Source of the DNA: a virus | Lineage: Duplodnaviria > Caudoviricetes | IMG/VR virus record: IMGVR_UViG_3300044564_000062 | Coordinates: 1 to 38,452 of that record | Length of the DNA stretch: 38,452 nucleotides | Strand: one strand, 5' to 3' | In this document: one piece after another, positions 18,153 to 27,925 of the stretch | Layout of the letters: every line of letters begins with the position of its first letter | Position numbering within the stretch: the first letter of the stretch is position 1 | Position numbers and translations under genes: made by a program | The notes under the pieces: model-generated | The model's database searches: none | What the model was told of the DNA's origin: nothing | Seen by the model: the letters and a program-made list of their open reading frames with translations, nothing else

Positions 18153-18478
18153 GGCCGATACCTCGCTCCGCGAGGCCGTCGACCGCATCTGTCAGGGTGC
18201 CGAAGGGCGGGGGCTACGGAGGCGAGTTCGAGGAGCCTTCCGCCATCGAGCGCGTGCGATTCGAGCCCGCGTCCGCATGGCTCGTCCGGCAGTACGGCCT
18301 CGGGGACGGGGCGCAGGGCCTCGTATTCATCGACGGGGCCGACAGCCCGGGAGCGTTCGAGGTTCCCGTCGGCTCGAAGCTGCGCATCGACGGCGGCGAG
18401 TGGATGAACGTGACCAGGTGCGCGACGCGCCGGGCGTTCGGCAGGGGCGTCCATCACTGGGAGATCGAGGTGAGGTGA
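18149..18478 (+). CDS. Head closure / minor structural protein
   Basis: RPIP...HHWEI pattern; synteny. Confidence 0.65.
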   Translation: MRPIPRSARPSTASVRVPKGGGYGGEFEEPSAIERVRFEPASAWLVRQYGLGDGAQGLVFIDGADSPGAFEVPVGSKLRIDGGEWMNVTRCATRRAFGRGVHHWEIEVR

Positions 18479-18479
18479 C

Positions 18480-18836
18480 ATGGCCAAAGCGTTCGACTGC
18501 GAGGTCGAAATCGACATATCCGCCCTTGAGGCGCGGTTCAGCGCAAAGGCCATCGCCGACGCTCAGGCGCTTCTCGTGTCCGACATCGCCGAGGATATGA
18601 ACGTCTACTGCATGCGCGACTCCGGCTACCTGCAGGAGCACATGCAGACGGCGACGGACGCTCGCGAGGCGCTGATCATCTGGGATGCTCCGTACGCGAA
18701 GTACGCGTACAACGCCGACACCGCCAAGACCGACAAGAACCCGAACGCGCACACGCACTGGGCCGAGTTCGCGAAGCAGCAGCACCTCGAAGAATGGAAG
18801 CAGGACGCCCTCCGGCTTCTTGAGGAGAGACCATGA
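18480..18836 (+). CDS. Neck / minor structural protein
   Basis: DSGYL...WDAPYAKYAY...NPNA..HW pattern; synteny. Confidence 0.65.
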   Translation: MAKAFDCEVEIDISALEARFSAKAIADAQALLVSDIAEDMNVYCMRDSGYLQEHMQTATDAREALIIWDAPYAKYAYNADTAKTDKNPNAHTHWAEFAKQQHLEEWKQDALRLLEERP

Positions 18837-19222
18837 GCCGCCCGGACGTTCCGGAGGCGGCGAAGAGCCTCCTGCAGGCTGATGGCTACTCCCCTGTCGT
18901 GGTGTCCCGCCTCGACGCCGTGAGCAAGAGGGAGGCCATCGTGCTGCGCCCCGCGCCGTCAACGACGAGCGCGCGGTACGTGGACGGCAGCAGGCGCGTC
19001 GCGTACGTGCTGCAGGTCCTGTGCAAGCGAGAGAGCGAGCTGCGTGCGATGGAGGAGTCCCACGGGATAGCCGAGCTTCTGGACGGAAGCTACCTCCCGT
19101 CCCCGACCGACTCGTACCAGTTCGTCAGCGCGGAAATCTACACGGAGCCGCAGGAGCTGGGCGTCGATGAGTCCGGCTTCTACGTATGGGAGCTTCGGAT
19201 AAGAGCAAACATCATCATCTGA
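18833..19222 (+). CDS. Tail terminator / minor structural protein
   Basis: Position immediately before the major tail protein. Confidence 0.65.
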   Translation: MSRPDVPEAAKSLLQADGYSPVVVSRLDAVSKREAIVLRPAPSTTSARYVDGSRRVAYVLQVLCKRESELRAMEESHGIAELLDGSYLPSPTDSYQFVSAEIYTEPQELGVDESGFYVWELRIRANIII

Positions 19223-19235
19223 AAGGACACACAGC

Positions 19236-19955
19236 ATGGCCAAGAAGAGCGACCTCGGCTTCGCGCCGAACTACGCAAACGCGCTTGAGGTTGACATCAC
19301 GCCCGACGCCTCCAACCCTACGTGGGCCATCCTCTCGCGCGGCATCACCAACATCACCCCGTCCCCCAACGAGAACACGGAGGACAAGGACTACTACGAC
19401 GGCTACGGCGTCCCCGAGACCAAGGTGACGAGCACGCAGATTCAGTACGAGGTCGAGGGAGACCGCTGCTACGGCGACCCCGCCCAGGACTACATCTCCT
19501 CCTGCGCGCTTGAGACCGGCGACGGGCGAAAGACCCGTTTCCGCCACACCGCCCCGAACGGCGACGTCATCGAGGGCGACTGCACCCTGCTCAACCTCAC
19601 CCCGAACTCCGGGCAGGGCGAGGCGAGCGCACCCGGCGCGTTCACCTGCACCGTCGCGACCGCAGGCTACCCCGAGTTCAAGCCGGCGAACAAGCTCAAG
19701 CTGCCCACCGCCGTCACGGCAGAGGACGTGAGCGTGGCGGTCGACGCCAAGGTGAAGATCGAGGCCACCGTAACGCCGGAGGAAGCCAACGGGAAGTGCT
19801 TCTTCGCCTCCGGCGACACCGACATCGCCACGGTCGACTCCGACGGCAACGTGACCGGCGTCTCCGAGGGCAAGTGCAAGATCGCCATCCGCGCGGCATC
19901 CAAGCCCTCCATCCTCAAGACCATCGAGGTCACCGTCACCGCGAAGACGGAGTAA
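19236..19955 (+). CDS. Major tail protein with C-terminal Ig-like domain
   Basis: YYDGYG...GDRCYGDPAQDYI; C-terminal ATVTPEEA...SGDTDIATVDSDGNVTGVSEG. Confidence 0.85.
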   Translation: MAKKSDLGFAPNYANALEVDITPDASNPTWAILSRGITNITPSPNENTEDKDYYDGYGVPETKVTSTQIQYEVEGDRCYGDPAQDYISSCALETGDGRKTRFRHTAPNGDVIEGDCTLLNLTPNSGQGEASAPGAFTCTVATAGYPEFKPANKLKLPTAVTAEDVSVAVDAKVKIEATVTPEEANGKCFFASGDTDIATVDSDGNVTGVSEGKCKIAIRAASKPSILKTIEVTVTAKTE

Positions 19956-19974
19956 GCGACACCTTCCATAACCT
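19956..19974 (+). promoter_or_regulatory. Late-module motif copy 3 (GCGACACCTTCCATAACCT)
   Basis: Directly after the major tail stop codon, upstream of the chaperone/tape measure genes. Confidence 0.55.
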
Positions 19975-19984
19975 CCGAACCACG

Positions 19985-20021
19985 GGGGCGCGGGCTTGTG
20001 AGCGGCCCGCGCCCCTCTTTT
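19985..20021 (+). terminator. Rho-independent terminator
   Basis: GGGGCGCGGGC/GCCCGCGCCCC stem followed by TCTTTT. Confidence 0.7.
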
Positions 20022-20056
20022 CATGCCTAGCTCACGGGCAGAGAAAGGAAAGCGAA

Positions 20057-20572
20057 ATGGAAATCCTGCGCCTAACGAGACCCTACGAGGACATCTACTT
20101 CGAGGACCCGGAGGACAATCCCGACACCCCGCGCTTCCGCGTGTTCTTCGATGACGACAGCATCGAGGAGATGCTGCGCAAGGTGTCCGACGCCATCGAC
20201 CGCGCACAGGCCATCGACAAGAAGCTGCAGGCAGCCCAGACCGCAGAGGACCGCGCCGAGCTGACCGAGATGATGACCAAGCTCGAGAAGCGCGTCATCG
20301 TCGCCTTCATCGGCGCGGAGGGGTACGACCAGCTGCTCGAATGGATGGGGGACGGCGAGCCGATCGACCCGTCAAATTACACGAGCATGCTGGGCGAGGT
20401 CATGGCCTCGTTCCTCATGCTGCTGGGGCGCAAGGCGACCAACGAGCATCTGCGCAAGTGCGGCCTGTACTACTCGAACGAGAGCGCGCAGACCAAGGCG
20501 TTCCTGCAGGCGCAGCGCAAGAACCAGCCCAAGGTCATCCAGGGCGGCAAGGGCAAGAAGAGCCGCAAGTGA
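20057..20572 (+). CDS. Tail assembly chaperone
   Basis: AAAGGA RBS; lies between the major tail and tape measure genes. Confidence 0.7.
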   Translation: MEILRLTRPYEDIYFEDPEDNPDTPRFRVFFDDDSIEEMLRKVSDAIDRAQAIDKKLQAAQTAEDRAELTEMMTKLEKRVIVAFIGAEGYDQLLEWMGDGEPIDPSNYTSMLGEVMASFLMLLGRKATNEHLRKCGLYYSNESAQTKAFLQAQRKNQPKVIQGGKGKKSRK

Positions 20573-21231
20573 ACGCCTGCGACCTCACATCCCGACGCGT
20601 AAGGCTCGAAGACGGGGGCAGCGCGACTCCGTATCCGTGGAACGGCGAGGAGGTGCTGGTGCGCGACGACGCCCTCACCGTGCTCAAGTGCATCGCCCTC
20701 CTGCAGGACGAAGGGATGCCGGAGGACGAGAAGGCTGCGGAGTTCATCCCAGCGTTCTTCGCCGACGCAGCCGATGCGTTCCTCGCGTGCGACTACGACC
20801 CGCGCGAGTTCGGAAGGCTCATCGAATCCGCCGTGTGGGACGTGTGCGGCATAGACCTCAAGGGGGACAAGCCGCACGAGGACCCGCTGTGGGACCCCGT
20901 TGAGGATGCCGCCTACATCCGCATCAGCTTCCGGGCTGAGTACGGCATCGACTGGGACGCCGTGCGCGGAGAGATCGGATTCGCCGAGTTCGTCGCGCTC
21001 GTCGGCGGATGCTCGATGGGCACCCCGCTGGGCAGGGCCATCTACTACCGCAACCCAAAGACGCGCCCGCAGCGCGCCAAGAAGAACGCGAACAAGAAGG
21101 AAATCGAGGAGTGGGAGCGCCTGCACAGGGCGTACGCACTCGGGAAGCGCCGGAGCTCACACGGCACGAACGAAGGGAATAACGCGGCGATGAACGATGC
21201 GTTCGCCGCCCTCAAGCGTGCAGCGAGGTGA
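20569..21231 (+). CDS. Gp15-family tail assembly protein
   Basis: WDPVEDAAYIRISFRAEYGID...F.ALV...TPL...I.YR motif. Confidence 0.75.
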   Translation: MNACDLTSRRVRLEDGGSATPYPWNGEEVLVRDDALTVLKCIALLQDEGMPEDEKAAEFIPAFFADAADAFLACDYDPREFGRLIESAVWDVCGIDLKGDKPHEDPLWDPVEDAAYIRISFRAEYGIDWDAVRGEIGFAEFVALVGGCSMGTPLGRAIYYRNPKTRPQRAKKNANKKEIEEWERLHRAYALGKRRSSHGTNEGNNAAMNDAFAALKRAAR

Positions 21232-23633
21232 GCATGGACGGCTCCGTCATCATCAAGGCGGTACTTGACTCCTCCGGCGTCGAGAAAGGCGTCAAGGGTG
21301 TAAAGAACAGCCTCAACAGCGTCACATGGGACGGGATAAAGAAGGGCGACGCGGCGGCGCAGAAGCTGTCCGGCTCGCTCAAGACAGCAGGCACCGCAGC
21401 GACCGTCGGCCTCACCGCGCCGATCGTCGCCGCCGGTGCCGCCGCGTTCAGCACGGCGTCGAGCTACGAGCAGGCGACCGCCCGCATACAGTCCGCCCTC
21501 GGCCTCACCGCCGACGAGGCCGAGCGCCTGGGCGACGTCGGCGAGGACATCTACGAGAACGGCTTCGGGGCGTCCCTCGACGCCGTTTCCGACGCGCTCA
21601 TCACCGTCCGCCAGAACCTCGGCGACCTCAACGACCAAGACCTCGAATACGTGACGCAGGCCGCGCTCACGCTCTCCGACACCCTCGGCATGGACGTGGG
21701 CGAGAGCGTGCGCGGCGTGAACGCCCTCATGGACGGCTTCGGCCTGTCCGCGCAGGACGCCATGGACCTGTTCGTGGCGGGCGCGCAGGACGGCCTGAAC
21801 TACTCCGGGGAGCTGGGCGACAACCTCGCCGAGTACGGCCCGCGCCTCGCACAGATGGGCTTCTCCGCAGAGGAGTACTTCTCAATCCTCAAGACCGGCG
21901 CTGACAACGGCGCGTACTCGCTGGACAAGGTGAACGACTTCCTCAACGAGTTCCAGACCTCGCTCACCGACGGGCGAATGGACGAGCAGATCGGGCGTTT
22001 CAGCGAGTCCACGCAGCAGCTCTTCGAGTCCTGGAAGCAGGGCGGGGCGACCGGGCAGCAGGTCTTCGAGGCGGTCATGGGCGAGCTCGCCAAGATGCCC
22101 GACGGCTACGAGAAGGCGAACATCGCCTCCGAGCTGTGGAGCAGCCTGGGCGAGGACAACGCCATGGGCATGATCACGAGCCTCGCGGGCGTGGAGAACA
22201 AGTACGGCGACGTGGCCGGAGCTGCGGGCGCGGCGGCAGACGCGGCGTCCGACAGCTTCGCGGGCAAGGCGCAGAGCGCCATGCGCGAGCTGCAGGGTGC
22301 CATCGAGCCGCTGGGGCAGCCGCTCCTCAACATCGCCACCAACGTGGCCGGCGTCGTCCGCTCCTTCGGCGAGTGGTTCGACGGCATCGGGGAGGGCGGC
22401 CAGATGGCCGTGCTCGCCATCGCCGGCATCCTCGCCGCCATAGGCCCGGTGCTGTCCGTCGCTGGCAACCTCGTGACGGTCATCCCCGCCATCACCGCCG
22501 CCCTGAGCGGCGCGGGCGGTGCCGCCGGGTTGTTCGGCGGCGCGCTCACCGCGCTCACGGGGCCGGTGGGCATCGTTGTGGGCGTGGTCGCCGGGCTCAC
22601 TGCAGCCATCGTCTACCTGTGGAACACGAACGAGGGCTTCCGCACGGCGGTGACCGAGGCGTGGAACGCCATCTGGGGAACCATCCAAGGGGTCATCGCG
22701 CAGCTGCAGCCGTACGTCCAGCAGGCGTGGGCCGCCATCTCCAACGCGGTCACGCAGGCCATGAACGTCATCATGCCCATCGTGAGCGCGGGCTTCCAGT
22801 TCATCATCGCCGTGGCCGTCCCAATCCTGCAGCAGCTCCTGCAGAACGTCGGCAACACGTTCCAGGTGATACTCTCCACCATCACCAGCATCATGAACGG
22901 CATCGCGCAGATCATCCAGGGAGCGTGGACGCTCATACAGGGAATCTTCCAGACCGTGCTGGGCCTCATCAACGGCATCGTGACGGGCGACTTCTCGCAG
23001 ATGCAGGCGGGCATCGACGGCATCATGTCCGGCATCACGGGCATCATCTCCGGCGCGTGGAACGTCATCGCGGGCGTGGTGAGCGGTGCCATCAACGGCG
23101 TGGTGACCACGGTGCAGAACGGCCTGAACACGGCGCTCTCCGTGGTGCAGGGCATCTTCTCCGGCATCGAGTCCGCCGTGAGCAACGCCATGAACGGGGC
23201 GAAGAACGTGGTCTCCGGCGTCATCAGCGCCATCAAGGGCTTTTTCAACTTCCGCATCTCGTGGCCGCACATCCCGCTGCCGCACATCCACTACGACCTC
23301 ATCGAGGTGCCGCTGCTGGGCAAGATTCCGAACCCGGCCACGCTGTCCATCAGCTGGTACGCGAAGGGCGGCGTCTTCAACGGGCCAAGCGTCATCGGCG
23401 TCGGCGAGGACGGACCCGAGGGCGTCGTGCCGTTCAACAAACGTGGGGCAGCTCCGCTCGCCGAGGGCATCGCCGAGCAGCTTGAGAAGCTGGGCGGGGG
23501 CAAGGGCGGCGACACCCACGTGACAATCAACCTGTACGCGACCGTGCGCGAGGAGGCAGACATCCACAAGCTGTCACGCGAGATCGCGAAGGAGATAAGG
23601 CGCACCGAGTTGAGGCAGGGGGCATACGCGTGA
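21228..23633 (+). CDS. Tape measure protein
   Basis: 801 aa, Ala/Gly/Ile-rich amphipathic repeats with periodic W/F; C-terminal WYAKGG...IGVGEDGPEGVVP. Confidence 0.92.
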   Translation: MSMDGSVIIKAVLDSSGVEKGVKGVKNSLNSVTWDGIKKGDAAAQKLSGSLKTAGTAATVGLTAPIVAAGAAAFSTASSYEQATARIQSALGLTADEAERLGDVGEDIYENGFGASLDAVSDALITVRQNLGDLNDQDLEYVTQAALTLSDTLGMDVGESVRGVNALMDGFGLSAQDAMDLFVAGAQDGLNYSGELGDNLAEYGPRLAQMGFSAEEYFSILKTGADNGAYSLDKVNDFLNEFQTSLTDGRMDEQIGRFSESTQQLFESWKQGGATGQQVFEAVMGELAKMPDGYEKANIASELWSSLGEDNAMGMITSLAGVENKYGDVAGAAGAAADAASDSFAGKAQSAMRELQGAIEPLGQPLLNIATNVAGVVRSFGEWFDGIGEGGQMAVLAIAGILAAIGPVLSVAGNLVTVIPAITAALSGAGGAAGLFGGALTALTGPVGIVVGVVAGLTAAIVYLWNTNEGFRTAVTEAWNAIWGTIQGVIAQLQPYVQQAWAAISNAVTQAMNVIMPIVSAGFQFIIAVAVPILQQLLQNVGNTFQVILSTITSIMNGIAQIIQGAWTLIQGIFQTVLGLINGIVTGDFSQMQAGIDGIMSGITGIISGAWNVIAGVVSGAINGVVTTVQNGLNTALSVVQGIFSGIESAVSNAMNGAKNVVSGVISAIKGFFNFRISWPHIPLPHIHYDLIEVPLLGKIPNPATLSISWYAKGGVFNGPSVIGVGEDGPEGVVPFNKRGAAPLAEGIAEQLEKLGGGKGGDTHVTINLYATVREEADIHKLSREIAKEIRRTELRQGAYA

Positions 23634-24343
23634 TCTACAACGGATTCGACTTCTCCCCCTGGTTCAAGACGAAGCTCATAACCCGCTCGCTCCTCCCCGA
23701 GTACGACGTCGAGACGCAGGACATCCCGTACCGACCGGGCGAGCGGGTCATGCACGTGAAGCTCAAGCCTCTACCGCTCAAGGTGCTCGCCGAGTGGCGG
23801 GCACGGCCTTCCGACGACATGGCGGCGCTCCGCCGCACCATGGCGGCGAGGCTCGTGTGCCTCAAGGAGGCACCGCTGTACCTCGATGACGAGCGCCATC
23901 TGGGCGTCTACTACATGGCCATGCTCACGTCCCCCAACGAGCTCGACACGCTGTGGCACACGGGGAGCGCGGAGCTTGACTTCACCGCGTACGACCCCAT
24001 CGCGTACGGCGCGAAGAGGAGCGGCGACGTCGGGTACAGCACGACGCTGACAGTGGGCGGCTCGTTCGAGACGAGCCCGGTCATCACCTGCAAGCCCGGC
24101 GGCTCCGTGAGCTACCTCAAGCTCACCAACATGGACACGGGCGAGTTCGTGCAGATCAACGAGAGCCTGAACTCGTCCACGTCCGTGGTCATCGACATGG
24201 AAGAGCAGCACGTGACCGTGAACGGCCAGACCCACGCGCCCACATACGAGAGCTCCTTCTTCCCGCTGCAGCCCGGGCGGAATAGCCTGCGGCTGTCCAG
24301 CGGCACGGGGACCATCGAGTGGACTGAAAGGCACATAGGCTGA
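23630..24343 (+). CDS. Distal tail protein (Dit)
   Basis: MIYNGFDFS start, FFPLQPGRNSL end; follows the TMP. Confidence 0.8.
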   Translation: MIYNGFDFSPWFKTKLITRSLLPEYDVETQDIPYRPGERVMHVKLKPLPLKVLAEWRARPSDDMAALRRTMAARLVCLKEAPLYLDDERHLGVYYMAMLTSPNELDTLWHTGSAELDFTAYDPIAYGAKRSGDVGYSTTLTVGGSFETSPVITCKPGGSVSYLKLTNMDTGEFVQINESLNSSTSVVIDMEEQHVTVNGQTHAPTYESSFFPLQPGRNSLRLSSGTGTIEWTERHIG

Positions 24344-26811
24344 TGCAACTGTGGGTTACGGACAGATGGGAGAACTTCAAGGGCCCCATCAAGACTCTCT
24401 TCGAGTGCGTGGACACGCGCGAGGTGAACGGCGAGAACGCGCTGTCCATCTCCTGCCTCGCCGCACTCGACAAGGGCGACCGCATCGTGTGGCGGGACAA
24501 GAAGGGGCGCTGGCGCGAGAACATCGTGGACGGCATCACCGAGACCCGCGCACGCGCCGGAATCGTCTACAGCTACTACTGCCCGAGCTCCGCACAGATC
24601 GAGCTGTCCGGAGACTACCTTGAGGACAAGCGGCCGCTACACACCACGGCGAGCGTCGCCATGGCCTCCGCGCTGTCCGAGAGCCGCTGGACGGTGGGAA
24701 CCGTCGCGAGCCTCGGGCAGAACGGGACGAACTTCTACCACACCAACGCATGGGCGGCCATCCACGACGTGGCGGACACGTGGGGCGGCGAGCTTGAGTT
24801 CGAGATCAGCGTTTCCGGCAGCAAGGTCACCGCACGCCGCGTCCACCTGCGCGAGCGCGTGGGCGCGGACACCGGGAAGCGGTTCACCTACACGAAGGAC
24901 CTCGTGAGCGTCGTGCGCGAGGTGGACGAGGGCAACGTCGTGACCGCGCTCTACGGCTACGGCAAGGCTCCGGAGAACACCGACGAGGACGGGAACCTCA
25001 CCGGGGGCTACGAGCGCAAGCTGACCTTCGGCGACGTCAACGGCGGGCAGAACTGGGTGGGAGACGCCGACGCCCTCGCCCGATGGGGCAGGCCGGACGG
25101 CAAGGGCGGCAAGTCCCACGTCTTCGGTGACGTCGAGTTCGAGGACTGTGAGGACAAGAGCGAGCTCCTTGCGCTCACCAAGGGAGCGTTGGAGGAACGC
25201 TGCACGCCGAAGGCATCCTACAAGGTAGACGCCATCGCGCTCGCCCGAGCGGGAGAGAACTTCGAGGGTGCCGACGAGGGCGACAGCGTGCTTGTCACAG
25301 ATAAGGTGTACGACCCTCCCCTGCGCATACAGTCGCGCATCACCAAGCTCGAAGAGAGCCAACTGACCGACGACGTGACCTACACCTTCGGCAACTTCCA
25401 GACCGTCGGAGAGATCATGGCCGCGCAGAAGTCGAACATCTCCAAGGCGACCTCGAACCTGCGCCAGACCATCACCAACGCCGTCAACGCGTCGAACGCC
25501 GCATCCTCCACCAAGTGGGGGGCGAGCCTCACCGACACCAAGGAGTACCTTGAGGCGTTCACCAGCGACAGCGTGGCGGGCGCGAAAGACTACACCGAGC
25601 AGATCGCCGAGGAGCTGGACGCCGCCCTCAAGGAGTACGCCGAGAGCGGCGACAGCACGCTCGAAGACCTGCTCAAGAAGTACACCGACGACGGCATGCT
25701 CGACCTTGAGGAGGTCCTGAAGCTCTACACGAACACGAAGGTGGAGCAGAGCGAGGAGGTGCTGCGCGCCATAGACGAGGCGAACAAGCAGTACCTCGAA
25801 GGAATCACCGACGCGCTCGACACCGCGCTCGACGCGGCCACGAACGCCATAGACGCACTCGAAGCCAACCTCGCAAAGGTGCCGGACGACATCCAGGAGC
25901 AGATCATCGAAATGCTCAACGCCGAGCTCAACACGACCGGCGGATGGGTCTACGAGGAGCCCGGCAAGGGCATCATGGTCTACGACAAGAAGCCCGCCTA
26001 CGCCACCAAGTGCGTGAAGATAGGCGGAGGCGTCATCGGCGTGGCCAACACAAAGAACTCGGCCGGCAACTGGGTTTTCAACACCGCCATAGACGGCGAC
26101 GGGATCGTGGCCAACAGGCTGACCGGGCGCATCCTTGTAGGCAACAACAGCTACCTCGACCTTGAGAGCGGCACGGTATACCTGCGCAGCGGCAACATCC
26201 TCATCACCGACAGCAACGGGAACAAGGTCTACATCAACGCGACCAACGGCTTCCAGGTGAGGGACAAGAACAGCCGCATCATAGCCGGAACCGTCATTAT
26301 GAACGACGGGACGGCGATGTTCCGCTGCAACATGGTCGGCACGTCCTCGACAAATTACATCACGACGGGGACGACGGCGAACGGCCAGCCCGGGGCTTCG
26401 TTCATAAACGGGAGCACCAACTACTTCGAGGTGGAGGCGCTTCATGCTGCGGATGACCCGACGAATGCCGTGTCGGCATGCGGCCTATCCGTTATGGATT
26501 ACGGATTCCTGTCCTCCAACCGCTACTACTACCAGACATGGCTCTCCACTCCCTACTACAAGGGGTTCATGAGCCACGCGAACGAGTACCTGTACATGCG
26601 CTCGGGAGGATCGCCCGACGGGGACCCCGCATACGTCGGCCTGCAATGGTCTGACAGTCGCGGGGTGTTCTTCGGGTCGGACTACGCAATGTTCAAATAC
26701 GACAACACGCACTATGTCCGCATCGACTCGTCTGGCGTCCAGTGCAGATGCGGCAGCAAGGGATTCGGCTGGTACAACGGCAGTTTCGCCGAGAGTCTTA
26801 CGTGGAGCTAG
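24343..26811 (+). CDS. Tail spike / Tal-like baseplate hub protein
   Basis: GKRFTYTKDL...VVTALYGYGK N-terminal hub motifs, coiled-coil middle, beta-rich C-terminus. Confidence 0.82.
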   Translation: MQLWVTDRWENFKGPIKTLFECVDTREVNGENALSISCLAALDKGDRIVWRDKKGRWRENIVDGITETRARAGIVYSYYCPSSAQIELSGDYLEDKRPLHTTASVAMASALSESRWTVGTVASLGQNGTNFYHTNAWAAIHDVADTWGGELEFEISVSGSKVTARRVHLRERVGADTGKRFTYTKDLVSVVREVDEGNVVTALYGYGKAPENTDEDGNLTGGYERKLTFGDVNGGQNWVGDADALARWGRPDGKGGKSHVFGDVEFEDCEDKSELLALTKGALEERCTPKASYKVDAIALARAGENFEGADEGDSVLVTDKVYDPPLRIQSRITKLEESQLTDDVTYTFGNFQTVGEIMAAQKSNISKATSNLRQTITNAVNASNAASSTKWGASLTDTKEYLEAFTSDSVAGAKDYTEQIAEELDAALKEYAESGDSTLEDLLKKYTDDGMLDLEEVLKLYTNTKVEQSEEVLRAIDEANKQYLEGITDALDTALDAATNAIDALEANLAKVPDDIQEQIIEMLNAELNTTGGWVYEEPGKGIMVYDKKPAYATKCVKIGGGVIGVANTKNSAGNWVFNTAIDGDGIVANRLTGRILVGNNSYLDLESGTVYLRSGNILITDSNGNKVYINATNGFQVRDKNSRIIAGTVIMNDGTAMFRCNMVGTSSTNYITTGTTANGQPGASFINGSTNYFEVEALHAADDPTNAVSACGLSVMDYGFLSSNRYYYQTWLSTPYYKGFMSHANEYLYMRSGGSPDGDPAYVGLQWSDSRGVFFGSDYAMFKYDNTHYVRIDSSGVQCRCGSKGFGWYNGSFAESLTWS

Positions 26812-26813
26812 TC

Positions 26814-27026
26814 ATGGAGAAATCAGAGGAGCACAACGCCCTGTGCGGAAACGCAACCGGGACAGAAACGACACCCGAGGCAGGCGGCTCATCGACCAGT
26901 GCAGTCGAGCAGGCAGTTGCCGCCATGGCGGCAGCCATGGCCGGCCTCGTGGGACCGACGGGGGCTGCGGCGCTGAACGATGCCGCCGCCGTCCTCATGG
27001 AAGGAGGGAACGATGGCGACGCATGA
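26814..27026 (+). CDS. Hypothetical protein
   Basis: 70-aa Ala-rich ORF filling the gap between tail genes. Confidence 0.5.
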   Translation: MEKSEEHNALCGNATGTETTPEAGGSSTSAVEQAVAAMAAAMAGLVGPTGAAALNDAAAVLMEGGNDGDA

Positions 27027-27924
27027 GATGACGCTGGACGTCAACAAGTCCGCCGCGCTCGCCGCCGAGATCATCACGGCCCGAGTGGGCGAGAGCGGAA
27101 CGGTCATCAAGGCGGCCCTGCTGAAAGACGGGGCGAACCTCACGGGGGCGACCAACGCGCGCTTCATCGCGCTGAAACCCGACCGAACCTACGCAGACCA
27201 GGCCGCGAGCGTGTCGGGCAACACCGTCACGGTCACGCTCGACCCGAAGTTCCTGAGCGCGAGCGGGGTCATCAAGACGGCCTACTTCCGCGTCACCGTG
27301 AGCGGGAAGACCGAGACCACGCCCGACATCTGGATAAACGTGCTGCCTGATGCCGAATCGCAGGCGGACGAGCCGACCGGGCCGTACGTCTCCGAGATCG
27401 AGAGCCTCATAGCGCAGCTCAACACCATCAAGTCGCAGATGCAGAGCGCGACGACCTCGGCGACCACCGCCGCAGGCAGGGCCAACGACGCGGCGGCGGA
27501 CGCAGCCGAGGCCGCAGAGGAGGCGCGAGCCGCTGCCGATTCCGTCGACGCTTCCAAGACCGCAGCGACGCAGGCGGCCAACAGGGCCAACGACGCGGCG
27601 GACGTCGCAGAGGAGGCCGCAGAGGCGGCGAACGGAGCGGCGGCAGACGCCACGGCGGCAGCCGAGGACGCGGATGACGCCGCGAGCGCGGCGAACGCGG
27701 CAACGAAGGCGGCGAACACCGCAGCGGGGACCGCGAACTCCGCCGCAGGGGCAGCCAACACGGCGGCGGGAAGCGCCAACGACGCGGCGGCGGACGCAGC
27801 CGAGGCCGCAGAGGAGGCGCGGGCAGCTGCGGGAATGGTATCGCAGGACAAGACCATCTTCCTGGAATACGAGCAGGTGGGCGACGTGAAGTACCTGACA
27901 CTGACCGACGAAAGCGAGGACTGA
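27013..27924 (+). CDS. BppU-like upper baseplate / fibre protein with Ala-rich coiled coil
   Basis: AAGGAGG RBS; N-terminal ARVGESG...KPD.T BppU-like domain; repeated ANDAAADAAEAAEEA. Confidence 0.75.
   Translation: MATHEMTLDVNKSAALAAEIITARVGESGTVIKAALLKDGANLTGATNARFIALKPDRTYADQAASVSGNTVTVTLDPKFLSASGVIKTAYFRVTVSGKTETTPDIWINVLPDAESQADEPTGPYVSEIESLIAQLNTIKSQMQSATTSATTAAGRANDAAADAAEAAEEARAAADSVDASKTAATQAANRANDAADVAEEAAEAANGAAADATAAAEDADDAASAANAATKAANTAAGTANSAAGAANTAAGSANDAAADAAEAAEEARAAAGMVSQDKTIFLEYEQVGDVKYLTLTDESED
27481..27821 (+). repeat. Perfect 47-bp direct repeat (27481-27527 and 27775-27821)
   Basis: GCCAACGACGCGGCGGCGGACGCAGCCGAGGCCGCAGAGGAGGCGCG twice, with a degenerate copy near 27586. 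Confidence 0.85.
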
Positions 27925-27925
27925 C

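Noticed and set aside
20540-20580. Programmed frameshift between the tail chaperone genes
   Set aside because: No convincing slippery heptamer; the second gene has its own coupled GTG start.
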